Shown piece by piece: positions 16,881 through 26,500 of a DNA stretch of 50,461 nt (position 1 is the first letter of the stretch; each line of letters begins with the position of its first letter). Made by a program: the position numbers and the translations under genes. The notes beneath the pieces are model-generated. The model was given only the letters and a program-made list of their open reading frames with translations, was not told the origin of the DNA and ran no database searches. The DNA comes from Candidatus Methylomirabilota bacterium (lineage in GTDB: Bacteria; Methylomirabilota; Methylomirabilia; Rokubacteriales; CSP1-6): NCBI GenBank assembly GCA_035259825.1, contig DATFWA010000016.1:1-50461 (forward strand), read 5' to 3'.

Positions 16881-18488
16881 ATGATACTGCGTCTGGCGCT
16901 GCTGGTGTCTGCCGTTGTGTCGGCGGCGGTCGGACTGCCCGCCGCCGTTCTGGCTCAGCGGTCCTTGAGCGTCCAGGAGGCCCTCCTGCGCTCCAAGCCG
17001 GCGGTGGTCCTGGTAGTGGCGGAGGTCGCATCCGAGGTGACGCTCGATTGCGGCTCCGGGCCCCGAAAGATCACCCCGCCCGTCTTTCGCGAGACCGGGA
17101 CCGGTTGGCTGATCACCCACGACGGCTGGTTGATGACCAACGGCCACGTCGTGCAGCCCGCCTACGAGCCGCCCCGGTGGCTGGCCAACCAGCAGGCCCA
17201 GCGGGCGGTGACCACCGCCTGCCTGCCGGACGTGTTGAAGGAAAAGAAGCTGCAGCCCGGCGACAACCCCGAGGCTGAAGAAGCGGCCAAGCGGAAGCTC
17301 CTCGACACCGTCCTCCCGAGCGCCAAGGTCAACCTGCAGCCGCAGGTCTTCGTGGTGACCGCCAAGGGCCGGCTCAAGGCCGAGGTGAAGAAGTACAGTC
17401 CGCCGGTCAACGAGATGTCCGGGCGGGATTTGGCCCTGCTCAAGATCCCGGGCGAGAACTTTCCGGTTCTCGCGCTGAAAGACCTTCGCATGGTGCAGAT
17501 CGGCGACCCGGTTCATATCATCGGATTCCCCGGGGTGGTGCTCTCCCACGAGCTGCTCAACGAGTCGTCGATGGTCGAGGCCTCGATCACCAACGGAGCG
17601 GTGTCGGGATTCAAGCAGGACCGGAACAACAACACGGTGATCCAGACCGACGCGCCCGCGGCGTGGGGCAACTCGGGCGGGCCCGCGGTGGACGACCGGG
17701 GCAACGTCGTCGGTCTGCTCACCTTCGTCTCGCTCGCCCCCGGGCCCGAGGGCTCGATCGTGCAGGGCTTCAACTTCGTCATCCCCTCGTCGGCGGTCAC
17801 CGACTTCGTGAAGGACACGCCGGTCAAGCTCAACGCGGGGAGCAAGTTCAACGACATCTGGTACGCCGGCCTCACCGCCTTCTTCGCCGATGACAGCAAG
17901 GACGCGCTGCAGCGCTTCGAGGAAGCCGACCGCCTCCACCCGAACCTACCCGATGTCCGTCGGATGGTGGTCGAGGCGAAGGAGCAGCTGAAGAACCCGA
18001 AGCCGAAGCCCTTCCCGTGGTTCTGGGTGGCGGTCGCCGTTACCCTGTTGAGCGCCGGCGGCTTCGGTGGCCAGTGGCTGCACCGCTGGAACAAGAACCG
18101 CTACCGGATCCAGCCCTCCGCGGTCATCCGGCTCTCCGAGAGTGGCAGTCCGCCCACGATCCTCGACGCGCGCCGATCCGACCTGTACGAGGCCCTGCCG
18201 TTGAAGGTCAAGGACTCGACCCGGGTTGTGCCCGAGGACCTGGCCAACAGCCTGGCCGGCCTCGACCTGGACAAGACGCGTCCGGTGGTCGTCTACTGCA
18301 GCAGCCCCGACGAGGAGACGAGCGCGAAGGTGGCCCGCGAGTTACGCAAGATGGGATTCAAGGACGCGCGGATCTTGAAGGGCGGGCTCGGGGCGTGGAC
18401 CAACGCCGGGCTGCCCATCGAGACCCGCTCCGATCTCTCGCAGGTCGGCGTCGAGCTCTACAAAGCGCTGGCCGGCGGCAACGTCTAG
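16881..18488 (+). CDS. Trypsin-like (S1/HtrA-like) serine protease domain - TM helix - C-terminal rhodanese-like domain fusion
   Basis: Signal peptide MILRLALLVSAVVSAAVGLPAAVLAQ. The catalytic triad context is TNGHVV / DLALLKI / GNSGGP. The TM segment is FPWFWVAVAVTLLSAGGFGG. The rhodanese fold is ILDARR...VVVYCSSPDEETSAKVARELRKMGF...LKGGLGAW. Confidence 0.8.
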   Translation: MILRLALLVSAVVSAAVGLPAAVLAQRSLSVQEALLRSKPAVVLVVAEVASEVTLDCGSGPRKITPPVFRETGTGWLITHDGWLMTNGHVVQPAYEPPRWLANQQAQRAVTTACLPDVLKEKKLQPGDNPEAEEAAKRKLLDTVLPSAKVNLQPQVFVVTAKGRLKAEVKKYSPPVNEMSGRDLALLKIPGENFPVLALKDLRMVQIGDPVHIIGFPGVVLSHELLNESSMVEASITNGAVSGFKQDRNNNTVIQTDAPAAWGNSGGPAVDDRGNVVGLLTFVSLAPGPEGSIVQGFNFVIPSSAVTDFVKDTPVKLNAGSKFNDIWYAGLTAFFADDSKDALQRFEEADRLHPNLPDVRRMVVEAKEQLKNPKPKPFPWFWVAVAVTLLSAGGFGGQWLHRWNKNRYRIQPSAVIRLSESGSPPTILDARRSDLYEALPLKVKDSTRVVPEDLANSLAGLDLDKTRPVVVYCSSPDEETSAKVARELRKMGFKDARILKGGLGAWTNAGLPIETRSDLSQVGVELYKALAGGNV

Positions 18489-18503
18489 GAGCCCAGCGTC
18501 CCG

Positions 18504-20126
18504 CTAGTAGCCGAGCGCGCCCCCGTCCGCGCGTGGATCCGAACCGCCGACGAAGCCGCCCTCCGGGGCGATCCAGATCCCGTGGGCGTGGCCGAAGAGA
18601 TCGTCCCACTCCCCGCCCATCGCGACCTCGTGGCCCCGGCCTTCCAGGTTGCGCGCCAGCTCGGTCGAGTAGCGGCCCTCCAGGCTCAGCGCGCGTGAGG
18701 CGGCGCCCCACGTCCTCCCGTAGAGCCATCGCGGCGCCTCGATCGCCGCTTGCGGCGCGAACCGACGGAAGAGCCGGCGGGTGAGAATGGCGGCCTGGGT
18801 CTGCGGCTGCCCCTCGCCGCCCATCGTGCCGTACACGAAGCGCGGCCGGCCGCCCTCGAGGTACATCGCGGGGATGAGCGTGTGCATGGTCCGCTTGCCC
18901 GGGGCCAGGGCATTGACATGCCCCGGGTCCAGCGAGAAGAACGCCCCGCGGTTCTGGAGCACCACGCCGGTGTCGCCGGCCATCAGCCCCGATCCGAAGG
19001 TGAAGTAGAGCGACTGGATCAGCGAGACCGCGTTGCCCTCCTGATCCGCAGTCACCAGCGCGATGGTGTCGCCGCCCCCGGGGGCGGCGGGCTGAGGCCG
19101 CCGCACGCGCTCGCGCGAGATCAGACCCGCGCGCGAGCGGAGACGATCGGGCGCGAGCAGTTCGGCCGCGGGTACGCGCATGAAGGCGGGGTCGGTCAGG
19201 TGCCGGTCGCGATCCTCGAAGGCGAGCTTCGTCGCCTCAACCATCAGGTGGATGTAGTCTGCCTCGAGCAACGAGGCCACGTCGAAGCCCTCGGTCATGC
19301 CGAGCACCGCAAGGGCCGACATCCCCTGCGTGGGCGGCGGTGTGCTCGCCACCTGGCCCTCCGCGTAGGCGATGCGCAGGGGCTCCGTCCAGTCCGAGCG
19401 ATGCTCGGCCAGGTCCTCGACGGCCAGCGGGCTGCCGGCCGCCGCCGCAGCCGCGATGAGCCGCCGGGCGAGGTCGCCGCGATAGAACGCCTCGGCGCCG
19501 CCGTCGCGGACCGCCTCCAGGGTCCGGGCCAGATCGCGCTGGCGGAGCGGCCCGCGCCGGAGGGCGTCCGGATGATAGAGCGGCCAGAGACTGCGGCGAA
19601 CCACCTCGGGGGCGCGCTCGCCGAATAGATCGGGCTCACGCGGCGGGGGCGTGCGCTGGCCGTCGGAGGCGGTGAACCCCTCGCGGGCGTAGTGGATCGC
19701 GTCGGCCAGCAGGGCGGCCAAGCCCACCGGCGAGCCCATGCGGACGCGGCTGTATTCGTGCGCCTGCCACCAGCCGTCCACCGTGGCCGGCACCGTGAGA
19801 GCGGCGGGCCCGCCACGCGCGGGCAGCGCACCGGAGATGCCGCGTGCCGCGTACCACTCGATGCTGGCCGCGCGTGCGGCGCGGCCCACCGCGGTGAGGG
19901 CGCGCAGCCGCTGGCTTTGCGCGTCGTAGATCAGCCAGAGGTTGTCGCCGCCGAGCCCGTTCATGTGCGGGTACACCACCGCGATGGTGGCGGCCGCCGC
20001 GATGGCCGCGTCCAGCGCATTGCCGCCGGCGCGGAGCGTGGCGACACCGGACTCGGTGGCGAGCAGGTGGGGCGTTGCCACCATGCCGCGTGGGGCGCGC
20101 GCCTCGGGCCAGCGGGTCTGGGTCAT
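18504..20126 (-). CDS. ggt: Gamma-glutamyltransferase family protein
   Basis: N-terminal GGNALDAAIAAA...HMNGLGGD, autoprocessing/nucleophile context GKRTMHTLIP, and C-terminal GGSDPRADG. Confidence 0.85.
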   Translation of the reverse strand: MTQTRWPEARAPRGMVATPHLLATESGVATLRAGGNALDAAIAAAATIAVVYPHMNGLGGDNLWLIYDAQSQRLRALTAVGRAARAASIEWYAARGISGALPARGGPAALTVPATVDGWWQAHEYSRVRMGSPVGLAALLADAIHYAREGFTASDGQRTPPPREPDLFGERAPEVVRRSLWPLYHPDALRRGPLRQRDLARTLEAVRDGGAEAFYRGDLARRLIAAAAAAGSPLAVEDLAEHRSDWTEPLRIAYAEGQVASTPPPTQGMSALAVLGMTEGFDVASLLEADYIHLMVEATKLAFEDRDRHLTDPAFMRVPAAELLAPDRLRSRAGLISRERVRRPQPAAPGGGDTIALVTADQEGNAVSLIQSLYFTFGSGLMAGDTGVVLQNRGAFFSLDPGHVNALAPGKRTMHTLIPAMYLEGGRPRFVYGTMGGEGQPQTQAAILTRRLFRRFAPQAAIEAPRWLYGRTWGAASRALSLEGRYSTELARNLEGRGHEVAMGGEWDDLFGHAHGIWIAPEGGFVGGSDPRADGGALGY

Positions 20127-20228
20127 GCGCGAGATATCATACCCTTCGGGCCACGTCGGGCGAGGACGGCGATCGGCGGAGATGCGCCTGGCCCGGCGGC
20201 TCGCCCGGGGCCCAGGCGGCGAGTCACG

Positions 20229-23200
20229 TCAGGAGCAGCCGGTGGTCGTGCCGCAGGTGATGCACTTCAGACAGGTGCCATTGCGAACCATCGTGAACTG
20301 GCCGCAGTCGCCGCACGGGTCGCCTTCGTAGCCCTTCAGCCGGGCCATCTCGGAGGCGGAGAGGGGCCTCAGTTCGGCCACCGGTCCGCTACCCCCGCTC
20401 ATCGGGGCGGCGGCCCGCGCGGTCACCGGCGGAGTGGCCGGCCGCGCGGTCGGCGCGGGGATCGGAACGGCGACCGGCGGCGTCGCGACTGGGCCGGCGG
20501 CGGCCACCGGACCCTGGCCCGGCTTGGTGCCGATGGCGTCGGCGCGCAGGTCCTCGTCGGGCACGTGTGAGAGATCGGTGCGTCCGAGATAGGTGATGGC
20601 CAGCTCGCGGAAGACGTAGTCGATCACCGAGGTGGACATCTTGATGCGGTCGTTGCCCTTGACCATCCCGTTGGGCTCGAAGCGCGTGAACACGAAGGCG
20701 TCCACGAACTCCTCGAGCGGCACGCCGTGCTGCAGGCCGAGCGAGATGGCGATCGCGAAGCAGTTCATCAGGGAGCGGAACGCGGCGCCCTCCTTGTGCA
20801 TGTCGAGGAAGATCTCGCCGACCGACCCGTCCTCGTATTCTCCAGTGCGGAGGTAGACCTTGTGGCCGCCCACTACCGCCTTCTGGGTGTAGCCCTTGCG
20901 GCGGTCGGGCAGGCGATGCCTCTCGCGGAGGTACTGGGTCACGACCCGCTCGGTCATCTTCTCGGCCACCGCCTCCACGTCAGCCGCCGCGGCCTTCTCG
21001 TCGTCCTCGTCCGCGGTGGAGTTCAGCGGCTGCGACAGCTTGGAGCCGTCGCGATAGAGCGCGACGGCCTTGAGCATGCCGCGCCAGGAGAGGTCGTAGG
21101 CCCACTTCACGTCCTCGATGGTCGCGTCCTGCGGCATGTTGATGGTCTTGCTGATCGCGCCCGAGATGAACGGCTGGGCCGCGGCCATCATCCGGATGTG
21201 CGCCTCGGTGGCGATGAAGCGGGTGCCGCGCTTGCCGCAGCGGTTGGCGCAGTCGAAGATCGCCAGGTGCTCGGGCAGCAGGTGCGGCGCGCCCTCCACC
21301 GTCATGGTGCCGCAGCAGTAGTCGTTGGCCGCTTCGATGTCGGCGGGGGTGAAGCCGAGGGCCCGCAGCAGGTTGCCGTTCCACTCGCCCAGCTGGGCGT
21401 CGTTGATGCCGAGCTGCGAGGCGATGTATCCGTCGCCGAGCGTCCACGCGTTAAAGGCGAAGGAGATGTCGAACGCGGTCTCCACCGCCGCATCGATCCG
21501 CTCGAGTCCCGCCTCGTCGAAGCCCTTGGCCCGCAGTGTCTCGTGGTTGATGGCGGGAGCGCCGCGCAGGGTCTTGCGTCCGACGCAGTAGGCCACGATG
21601 TCCTCGACCTCGACCGGGGAGTAGCCCACCGCCTCCAGCGCGACCGGCAGGCTCTGGTTGATGATCTTGAAGTAGCCGCCGCCCGCGAGCTTCTTGAACT
21701 TGACCAGCGAGAAGTCGGGCTCGATGCCGGTGGTGTCGCAATCCATGACGAGCCCGATGGTGCCGGTGGGGGCGAGCACGGTGACCTGGGCGTTGCGGTA
21801 GCCGAACTGCTCGCCGAGGCCGACCGCGCGGTCCCACGTCTCGCGCGCGGCCTGCAGCAGGGGCGCCGGGCAGTGCACGGGGTCGATCCCGGTTGGGGCG
21901 ATGCTGAGCCCTTCGTACTCGGCCGGGACCGCGTTGTACGCGGCGCGCCGGTGGTTGCGCGTGACGCGGAGCATGTGCGCCTGGTTCTTGGCGTAGCCCG
22001 GGAAGGGCCCCAGATCGCGGGCCATCTCGGCCGAGGTCGCGTAGGCCTCGCCGCACATCATCGCGGTGATCGCGCCGCAGATCGCGGCCGCCTCCGGGGA
22101 ATCGTAGGGGATGCCCCGCCGCATCAGCACCGTGCCCATGTTGGCGTAGCCCAGGCCCAGGGTGCGGAAGTCCCAGCTCCGCTGGGCGATGGGCGAGCTG
22201 GGGTACGCGGCCATCAGCACGCTGATCTCGAGCACGGTGGTCCACAGCCGGCAGGCGTGCCGGAAGCCGTCGACGTCGAAGCTGCGGTCCTCGCGCAGGA
22301 ACTTGATCAGGTTGATCGAGGCGAGGTTGCAGGCGGTGTCGTCGAGGAAGAGGTACTCCGAGCACGGGTTGCTGCCGTTGATGCGCCCGTCCTCGGGGCA
22401 GGTGTGCCACTCGTTGATCGTGGTGTCGTACTGTACACCGGGATCGGCGCAGGCCCACGCGGCGTGCGCGATCTCGTCCCAGATCTGCTCGGCGGGCAGC
22501 GTCCCCGCGCTCTTGCCGTCGGTCCGACGCTTCAGCTCCCACTGACCGCGCCGCGCCAGCACGTCGAAGAATGCGTTCGGCACCCGGACGCTGTTGTTGG
22601 AGTTCTGCCCGGAGACGGTGTAGTACGCCTCGCTGTCCCAGTCGGTGTCGTACTCCGGGAAATCCAGCTCGCGCACGCCCTGGCTGGCCAGCTGGAGCAC
22701 CCGCTGGATGTAGCCGTCGGGCACCATCGCCGCCCGCGCCTCGCGCACCGCGGCGCGCAGCATCGGGTTCTTCCGTGGATCCGCCTCGAGCCCGGTGGGG
22801 GTGCGCGCTGCTCCCAGGACGGCCTGCAGACGCCGCTTGGTCAGCCGCGAGCCGGCCACGAGCGCGGCCACCTTCTGCTCCTCCACCACCTTCCAGCGGA
22901 TGAAGTTCAGGATGTCCGGATGGTCCAGGTTTAGGATCACCATCTTGGCCGCGCGGCGGGTGGTGCCGCCCGACTTGATCGCGCCCGCCGCCCGGTCGCC
23001 GATGCGGAGGAAGGACATGAGGCCGGATGACTTGCCCCCGCCCGAGAGGGGCTCGTTCTCGCCCCGCAGGCTCGAGAAGTTGGTGCCGCTGCCGGAGCCG
23101 TACTTGAAGATGCGGGCCTCGCGGGTCCAGAGGTCCATGATGCCGCCGTCGTTGACCAGGTCGTCGGACACCGACTGGATGAAGCAGTTGTGGACGATGA

Positions 23201-24827
23201 CGTTGTTCGAGAGGTACTGCCCGCTCTCGGTCTGGATGTCGTACACCGGCTGCACGCCCACGCACTCCACCCGGACCACCGCCTCGTCCTTGAGCGCGGG
23301 CAGGCTCCGGCCCGCGAACTGGGGCGAGCACGTGATGTCGAGCGCCTGGCGCTTGTCGTCGGACACGAAGCCGATCAGCTCCCGGAACCGGGCGCGCGGC
23401 TCGGCGTGCGCGATCGAGACCACGTAGGGGGTGCGCCGGCTCTCGCGCGTCTCCGTCCCGCGGCCGATCCGCGAGTAGACGCCGAGATTGAGCAGGAGGG
23501 CTTGCACGCCGTGCGCGAACCCCGCCGAGGTGGAAGACAGCGCGATGTCGGCCTGCCGCGCCCAGTAGGAGCGCACCCGCACCGAGCCCTGCGCCTGGAA
23601 CAACGCGCGGAGGTACGCGGCCTGGGCTGGACGGCCGGCGCGCAGGATCGCGGGGGGAACCACGTGGTCGGCGCTCGACCGGAGCAGGCCGTACTTGGCC
23701 ACGAACGGGCGCAGCCGCTCGCCGTAGAGGCGGACGCGGTGGATATCGAGGCCCGGCGTGCGTGTCTCGACCGAGCGGACGTGGTAGTGCACGCCGTCGA
23801 ACACGCGGTGGATCCGCTCGACCACGAAGTCCAGCTCGTCCTTGTCGATGGTCGTGAACTCGACGGCCAGGCTGTGCTCGGTCCCGAGCCCGTCCTGGCC
23901 CACGAAGCCGTCGGCCTGCAGCCAGCCGACCAGGGCGGCCTCGTCGACGTCGGGCTCCTGCGAGCCGGCGCGCACCTGGGTGCGGGTGGACAGGCGCAGC
24001 GCCGAGCCCGGCTCGACCTCGTCGACCCGGCGCCAGCCGGCCACGCCGTTGACGATCGCGTACACGAGGTGATCCCCGGTGGCCTCGACGACCACGCCGT
24101 TCTTCAGCTCGATGCGAAAGACGGCCTTCTCCCCATTCTCCTTGACCGCCACCACCCGGGTGGTGCCGGCACCCTCGTCGCGGCCGTCGTAGACCTCCAT
24201 CCCGACCAGGGAGCGGGTCACGATGTGCCCGATCGGCATCGGCCCGTCGGGGGTCGACACCAGCGCGTGGTAGGGCTGGCAGGCGTGAGGCTGCGGGCGC
24301 TCGTAGGCCGAGGTGGCCCGGGTCAGGATGCCGGTGTCGGGATCGACGTAGTGATGCCCCTGGGCGGGCCCGGTGAGGCCGTAGGCGTAGTGCAGACCGG
24401 TGTTGAACCATTGCGGCGAGTTCGGGGCCGAGATCTGCGCGGCCAGCATGTAGCAGAGCTCGTCGTAGAAGGCGCGGGCATCCGACGGGGTGTCGAAGTA
24501 GCCGTACTTCTCCCCCCAGTGCATCCAGCAGCCGGCCAGCCGGTGGAAGACCTGTCGGGCGTCCCGCTCACCGCCCAGGACCGGCTGGCCGTCCGGGTCC
24601 AGCAGGGGCTTGCCGTCGGCCGCGTATTGCGGCACCCCCGACTTCCGGAAGTACTTCTGGGCGAGGATGTCCGTGGCCACCCCGGACCACCCGGACGGCA
24701 CCGAGATCCCTTCCTGGCGGAAGACCGTAGAGCCGTCGGGATTCTTGATCTCCGAGACTCGCTGGTCGAACTGGACCCCCGCGTAGGGACTCTGGCCTTC
24801 CTTGGTGAACCGACGGGCTACTCTCAT
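20229..24827 (-). CDS. nrdJ: Adenosylcobalamin-dependent (class II) ribonucleotide reductase, intein-containing precursor with C-terminal Cys-rich zinc-finger tail
   Basis: N-terminus [11 protein letters not shown]...[12 protein letters not shown], thiyl-radical loop [10 protein letters not shown] and ...TINMP... are present. C-terminal tail is PCGDCG...[16 protein letters not shown] lies upstream of the ATG at 24827. The 1532-aa length is explained by a 365-aa insertion. Confidence 0.9.
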   Translation of the reverse strand: MRVARRFTKEGQSPYAGVQFDQRVSEIKNPDGSTVFRQEGISVPSGWSGVATDILAQKYFRKSGVPQYAADGKPLLDPDGQPVLGGERDARQVFHRLAGCWMHWGEKYGYFDTPSDARAFYDELCYMLAAQISAPNSPQWFNTGLHYAYGLTGPAQGHHYVDPDTGILTRATSAYERPQPHACQPYHALVSTPDGPMPIGHIVTRSLVGMEVYDGRDEGAGTTRVVAVKENGEKAVFRIELKNGVVVEATGDHLVYAIVNGVAGWRRVDEVEPGSALRLSTRTQVRAGSQEPDVDEAALVGWLQADGFVGQDGLGTEHSLAVEFTTIDKDELDFVVERIHRVFDGVHYHVRSVETRTPGLDIHRVRLYGERLRPFVAKYGLLRSSADHVVPPAILRAGRPAQAAYLRALFQAQGSVRVRSYWARQADIALSSTSAGFAHGVQALLLNLGVYSRIGRGTETRESRRTPYVVSIAHAEPRARFRELIGFVSDDKRQALDITCSPQFAGRSLPALKDEAVVRVECVGVQPVYDIQTESGQYLSNNVIVHNCFIQSVSDDLVNDGGIMDLWTREARIFKYGSGSGTNFSSLRGENEPLSGGGKSSGLMSFLRIGDRAAGAIKSGGTTRRAAKMVILNLDHPDILNFIRWKVVEEQKVAALVAGSRLTKRRLQAVLGAARTPTGLEADPRKNPMLRAAVREARAAMVPDGYIQRVLQLASQGVRELDFPEYDTDWDSEAYYTVSGQNSNNSVRVPNAFFDVLARRGQWELKRRTDGKSAGTLPAEQIWDEIAHAAWACADPGVQYDTTINEWHTCPEDGRINGSNPCSEYLFLDDTACNLASINLIKFLREDRSFDVDGFRHACRLWTTVLEISVLMAAYPSSPIAQRSWDFRTLGLGYANMGTVLMRRGIPYDSPEAAAICGAITAMMCGEAYATSAEMARDLGPFPGYAKNQAHMLRVTRNHRRAAYNAVPAEYEGLSIAPTGIDPVHCPAPLLQAARETWDRAVGLGEQFGYRNAQVTVLAPTGTIGLVMDCDTTGIEPDFSLVKFKKLAGGGYFKIINQSLPVALEAVGYSPVEVEDIVAYCVGRKTLRGAPAINHETLRAKGFDEAGLERIDAAVETAFDISFAFNAWTLGDGYIASQLGINDAQLGEWNGNLLRALGFTPADIEAANDYCCGTMTVEGAPHLLPEHLAIFDCANRCGKRGTRFIATEAHIRMMAAAQPFISGAISKTINMPQDATIEDVKWAYDLSWRGMLKAVALYRDGSKLSQPLNSTADEDDEKAAAADVEAVAEKMTERVVTQYLRERHRLPDRRKGYTQKAVVGGHKVYLRTGEYEDGSVGEIFLDMHKEGAAFRSLMNCFAIAISLGLQHGVPLEEFVDAFVFTRFEPNGMVKGNDRIKMSTSVIDYVFRELAITYLGRTDLSHVPDEDLRADAIGTKPGQGPVAAAGPVATPPVAVPIPAPTARPATPPVTARAAAPMSGGSGPVAELRPLSASEMARLKGYEGDPCGDCGQFTMVRNGTCLKCITCGTTTGCS
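23187..24281 (-). mobile_element. Intein (365 aa) with LAGLIDADG homing-endonuclease domain inside nrdJ
   Basis: Junctions are ...RPQPHA|CQPYHALV... and ...NNVIVHN|[10 protein letters not shown]. Block B is TGDH. LAGLIDADG-like motifs are [12 protein letters not shown] and [12 protein letters not shown]. The coordinates correspond to residues 183-547 of the ORF. Confidence 0.85.
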
Positions 24828-24974
24828 GGACTCCTCCTGAACGCGCTTCGGCTGAGAAGCGCAGGCGAAACCACGACCACGGCACGATCAGTCGACACGG
24901 ACGACTTCAGATCGGAAAGGCGGGTTGCCGCGACGCCGAGGCGTCAGGTCTCGAAGCTGGCCGTTGTGAACGCT

Positions 24975-25021
24975 TGTGCATATATAGTGTGTCGACCGAA
25001 ACGGAGCCCAACATATTGCGG
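24975..25021 (-). promoter_or_regulatory. Candidate tandem NrdR boxes upstream of nrdJ
   Basis: An AT-rich island sits in GC-rich DNA. Box 1 (24975-24990, tgtgcATATATAGTGT) matches the right 11 positions of my recollected NrdR consensus acaCwAtATaTwgTgt. Box 2 (25006-25021, gcccaACATATTGcgg) matches about 11 of 16. The offset is 31 bp, the usual tandem spacing. Confidence 0.5.
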
Positions 25022-25039
25022 TCGTCGAAGGCGTGTCAA
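25010..25039 (-). promoter_or_regulatory. Candidate sigma70-type promoter for nrdJ (TTGACA-N18-TATGTT) with upstream T8 tract
   Basis: The minus strand reads tcTTTTTTTTgTTGACAcgccttcgacgaccgcaaTATGTTggg. The -10 element overlaps candidate NrdR box 2. Confidence 0.35.
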
Positions 25040-25135
25040 CAAAAAAAAGACCGGAGGAGCTGCACTGCGATGCGTCAGCGGGGCGAGGACGGTGGGTCCG
25101 GTCTAGCGGACCCCGGGTGCTACGCGATCAGCAGG

Positions 25136-26140
25136 CTAGTAGGGGGGCGGGGCCGTGATCAGGTTCTGGCGGCGCTGCAGATAGCCGTTCCGCACCGCGC
25201 TGTAGAGATCGACGGTGGTCTCCTCGAAGCCCTGGTAGAGATCCAGGTTCAGCGCACGGTCGTTGATCGTATTGCCGATCTTCATGCCGAGGCGTGTCCA
25301 GATGAAGGGCAGCACGTAGCTGAGCGGGTCCATAGCGCCGTCCACTGCGGTGCCGATGCCGTCACGCACGGTCAGGGGCGGCAGGAACGGCAGCACGAGG
25401 AAGGGGCCGGGGCTCACGCCCCAGATGCCCAGCGTCTGGCCGAAGTCGACCCGCGTCTTCTGCAGCCCGAACTCCTGCTTGGCGATGTCGAAGAGGCCGC
25501 CGATCCCGAAGGTGCTGTTGATCAGGAACCGGCCCAGCTCGGCTCCGGCACCTTTGGGCCGCCACTGCAGCAGGTTGTTGACTACCCGAGGCACGACGAG
25601 CAGATTGTCGAAGCCGCTGTCGATCATTTGCTGAAGCCGATCCGGCATCACGAAGTTGTAGGCCTTCGCGATCGGCTTCAGCACGTACTTGTCCATGTTG
25701 TAGTTGAACGTGAACATCTTCTCGTTGAATGGCTCCCACGGGTCGTACTCCTCGAGCACGCCCTCCGACGGCGCGGTCGGCTCGGCGGGACTGGACTGTG
25801 CCAGCCGCGGGCCGGTGACCTGGCTCACCATGAGCGGGGTGAGCGAGGCGACCATGAAGGACGGCTGCTCGCTTTCGGGCATCAGCGCGAACGAGGCGGG
25901 GGAGAACGCGACGGTGGGCGTCAGCAACTGCTCGCCGGCGTGCGGCTCCGCCACGACCGCGCCGGTCGGCTGCGCGTCGGGGGCCAGGGCGGCGGCGACG
26001 GGCTCGCTCGCCTCGGTCGTGTCGGTCGGGGCCGCGGCGGTGGCCGCCCGCAATGACTCGCTGCTGAGGCCGCCGGACATCGTGCCGCAGCCGCCGAGCG
26101 CGAGACCGAGAACTCCCAGCAGCAGCGCGGCCTGTCGCAT
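25136..26140 (-). CDS. mlaA: MlaA/VacJ-family outer-membrane lipoprotein
   Basis: Start chosen at MRQAALLLGVLGLALGGCG (lipobox), computed from the ORF-track frame. The conserved core is DPWEPFNEKMFTFN...INSTFGIGGLFD.A...DFGQTLG.WG...G.PFLVLPFLPP.TVRD. Confidence 0.8.
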   Translation of the reverse strand: MRQAALLLGVLGLALGGCGTMSGGLSSESLRAATAAAPTDTTEASEPVAAALAPDAQPTGAVVAEPHAGEQLLTPTVAFSPASFALMPESEQPSFMVASLTPLMVSQVTGPRLAQSSPAEPTAPSEGVLEEYDPWEPFNEKMFTFNYNMDKYVLKPIAKAYNFVMPDRLQQMIDSGFDNLLVVPRVVNNLLQWRPKGAGAELGRFLINSTFGIGGLFDIAKQEFGLQKTRVDFGQTLGIWGVSPGPFLVLPFLPPLTVRDGIGTAVDGAMDPLSYVLPFIWTRLGMKIGNTINDRALNLDLYQGFEETTVDLYSAVRNGYLQRRQNLITAPPPY

Positions 26141-26500
26141 CCCGAATCCGAAATGCACCGTCGTTCTTCCTCCCGATCGAGGGCTGGCGTGGATCATGGG
26201 TCTCGAGTGGTGGGGGCTGACGGCCCCGGCACCCTGGGAACAATCCAAGTGCCAGAGCGCATCACGCGTCAGCATAGGGTATCCCGCGTTATCGTTACAA
26301 GCACTTTCCCTGCGGTACGCGTCCCCGACCAGCCCCACCTATTGATGTGGCGCGCGAGTTTTTGTCACTGGTCGACCCGGATTGTCGGCGGGTATCCGCC
26401 GACCGCCCGGCACCGGCGTTGACAGGCCCGGATGGGCGGGATTCAATGCTGGCGCTGTCGCACGATTCCAGAGCGGTGAGGCGAGAAAGGTGGTCTGGCG

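Noticed and set aside
24828-24975. Possible cobalamin riboswitch in the nrdJ leader. A partial B12-box-like string, AGCTTCGAGACCTGAC, is present on the minus strand.
   Set aside because: It matches only about 12 of 17 positions of the B12 box as I recall it. The leader is too short for a full cobalamin aptamer plus expression platform. B12 riboswitches normally repress B12-independent RNRs, not nrdJ. A Rfam scan would settle it.
25048-25104. Intrinsic terminator for mlaA. The minus-strand T8 tract is preceded by an 8-bp long-range stem (AGACCGGA / TCCGGTCT).
   Set aside because: The stem encloses a loop of about 41 nt with only weak internal pairing, so it is not a canonical compact terminator hairpin. 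The T-tract may instead be an UP-like element for the nrdJ promoter. I kept it only as a comment in the findings.
25704-26231. An apparent 1-nt discrepancy between my manual base counting and the ORF-track coordinates near the mlaA start.
   Set aside because: The plus- and minus-strand ORF translations agree with each other, so I attribute the discrepancy to my own reading of a homopolymer run. The mlaA start (26140) was therefore derived arithmetically from the ORF track and not from manual counting.
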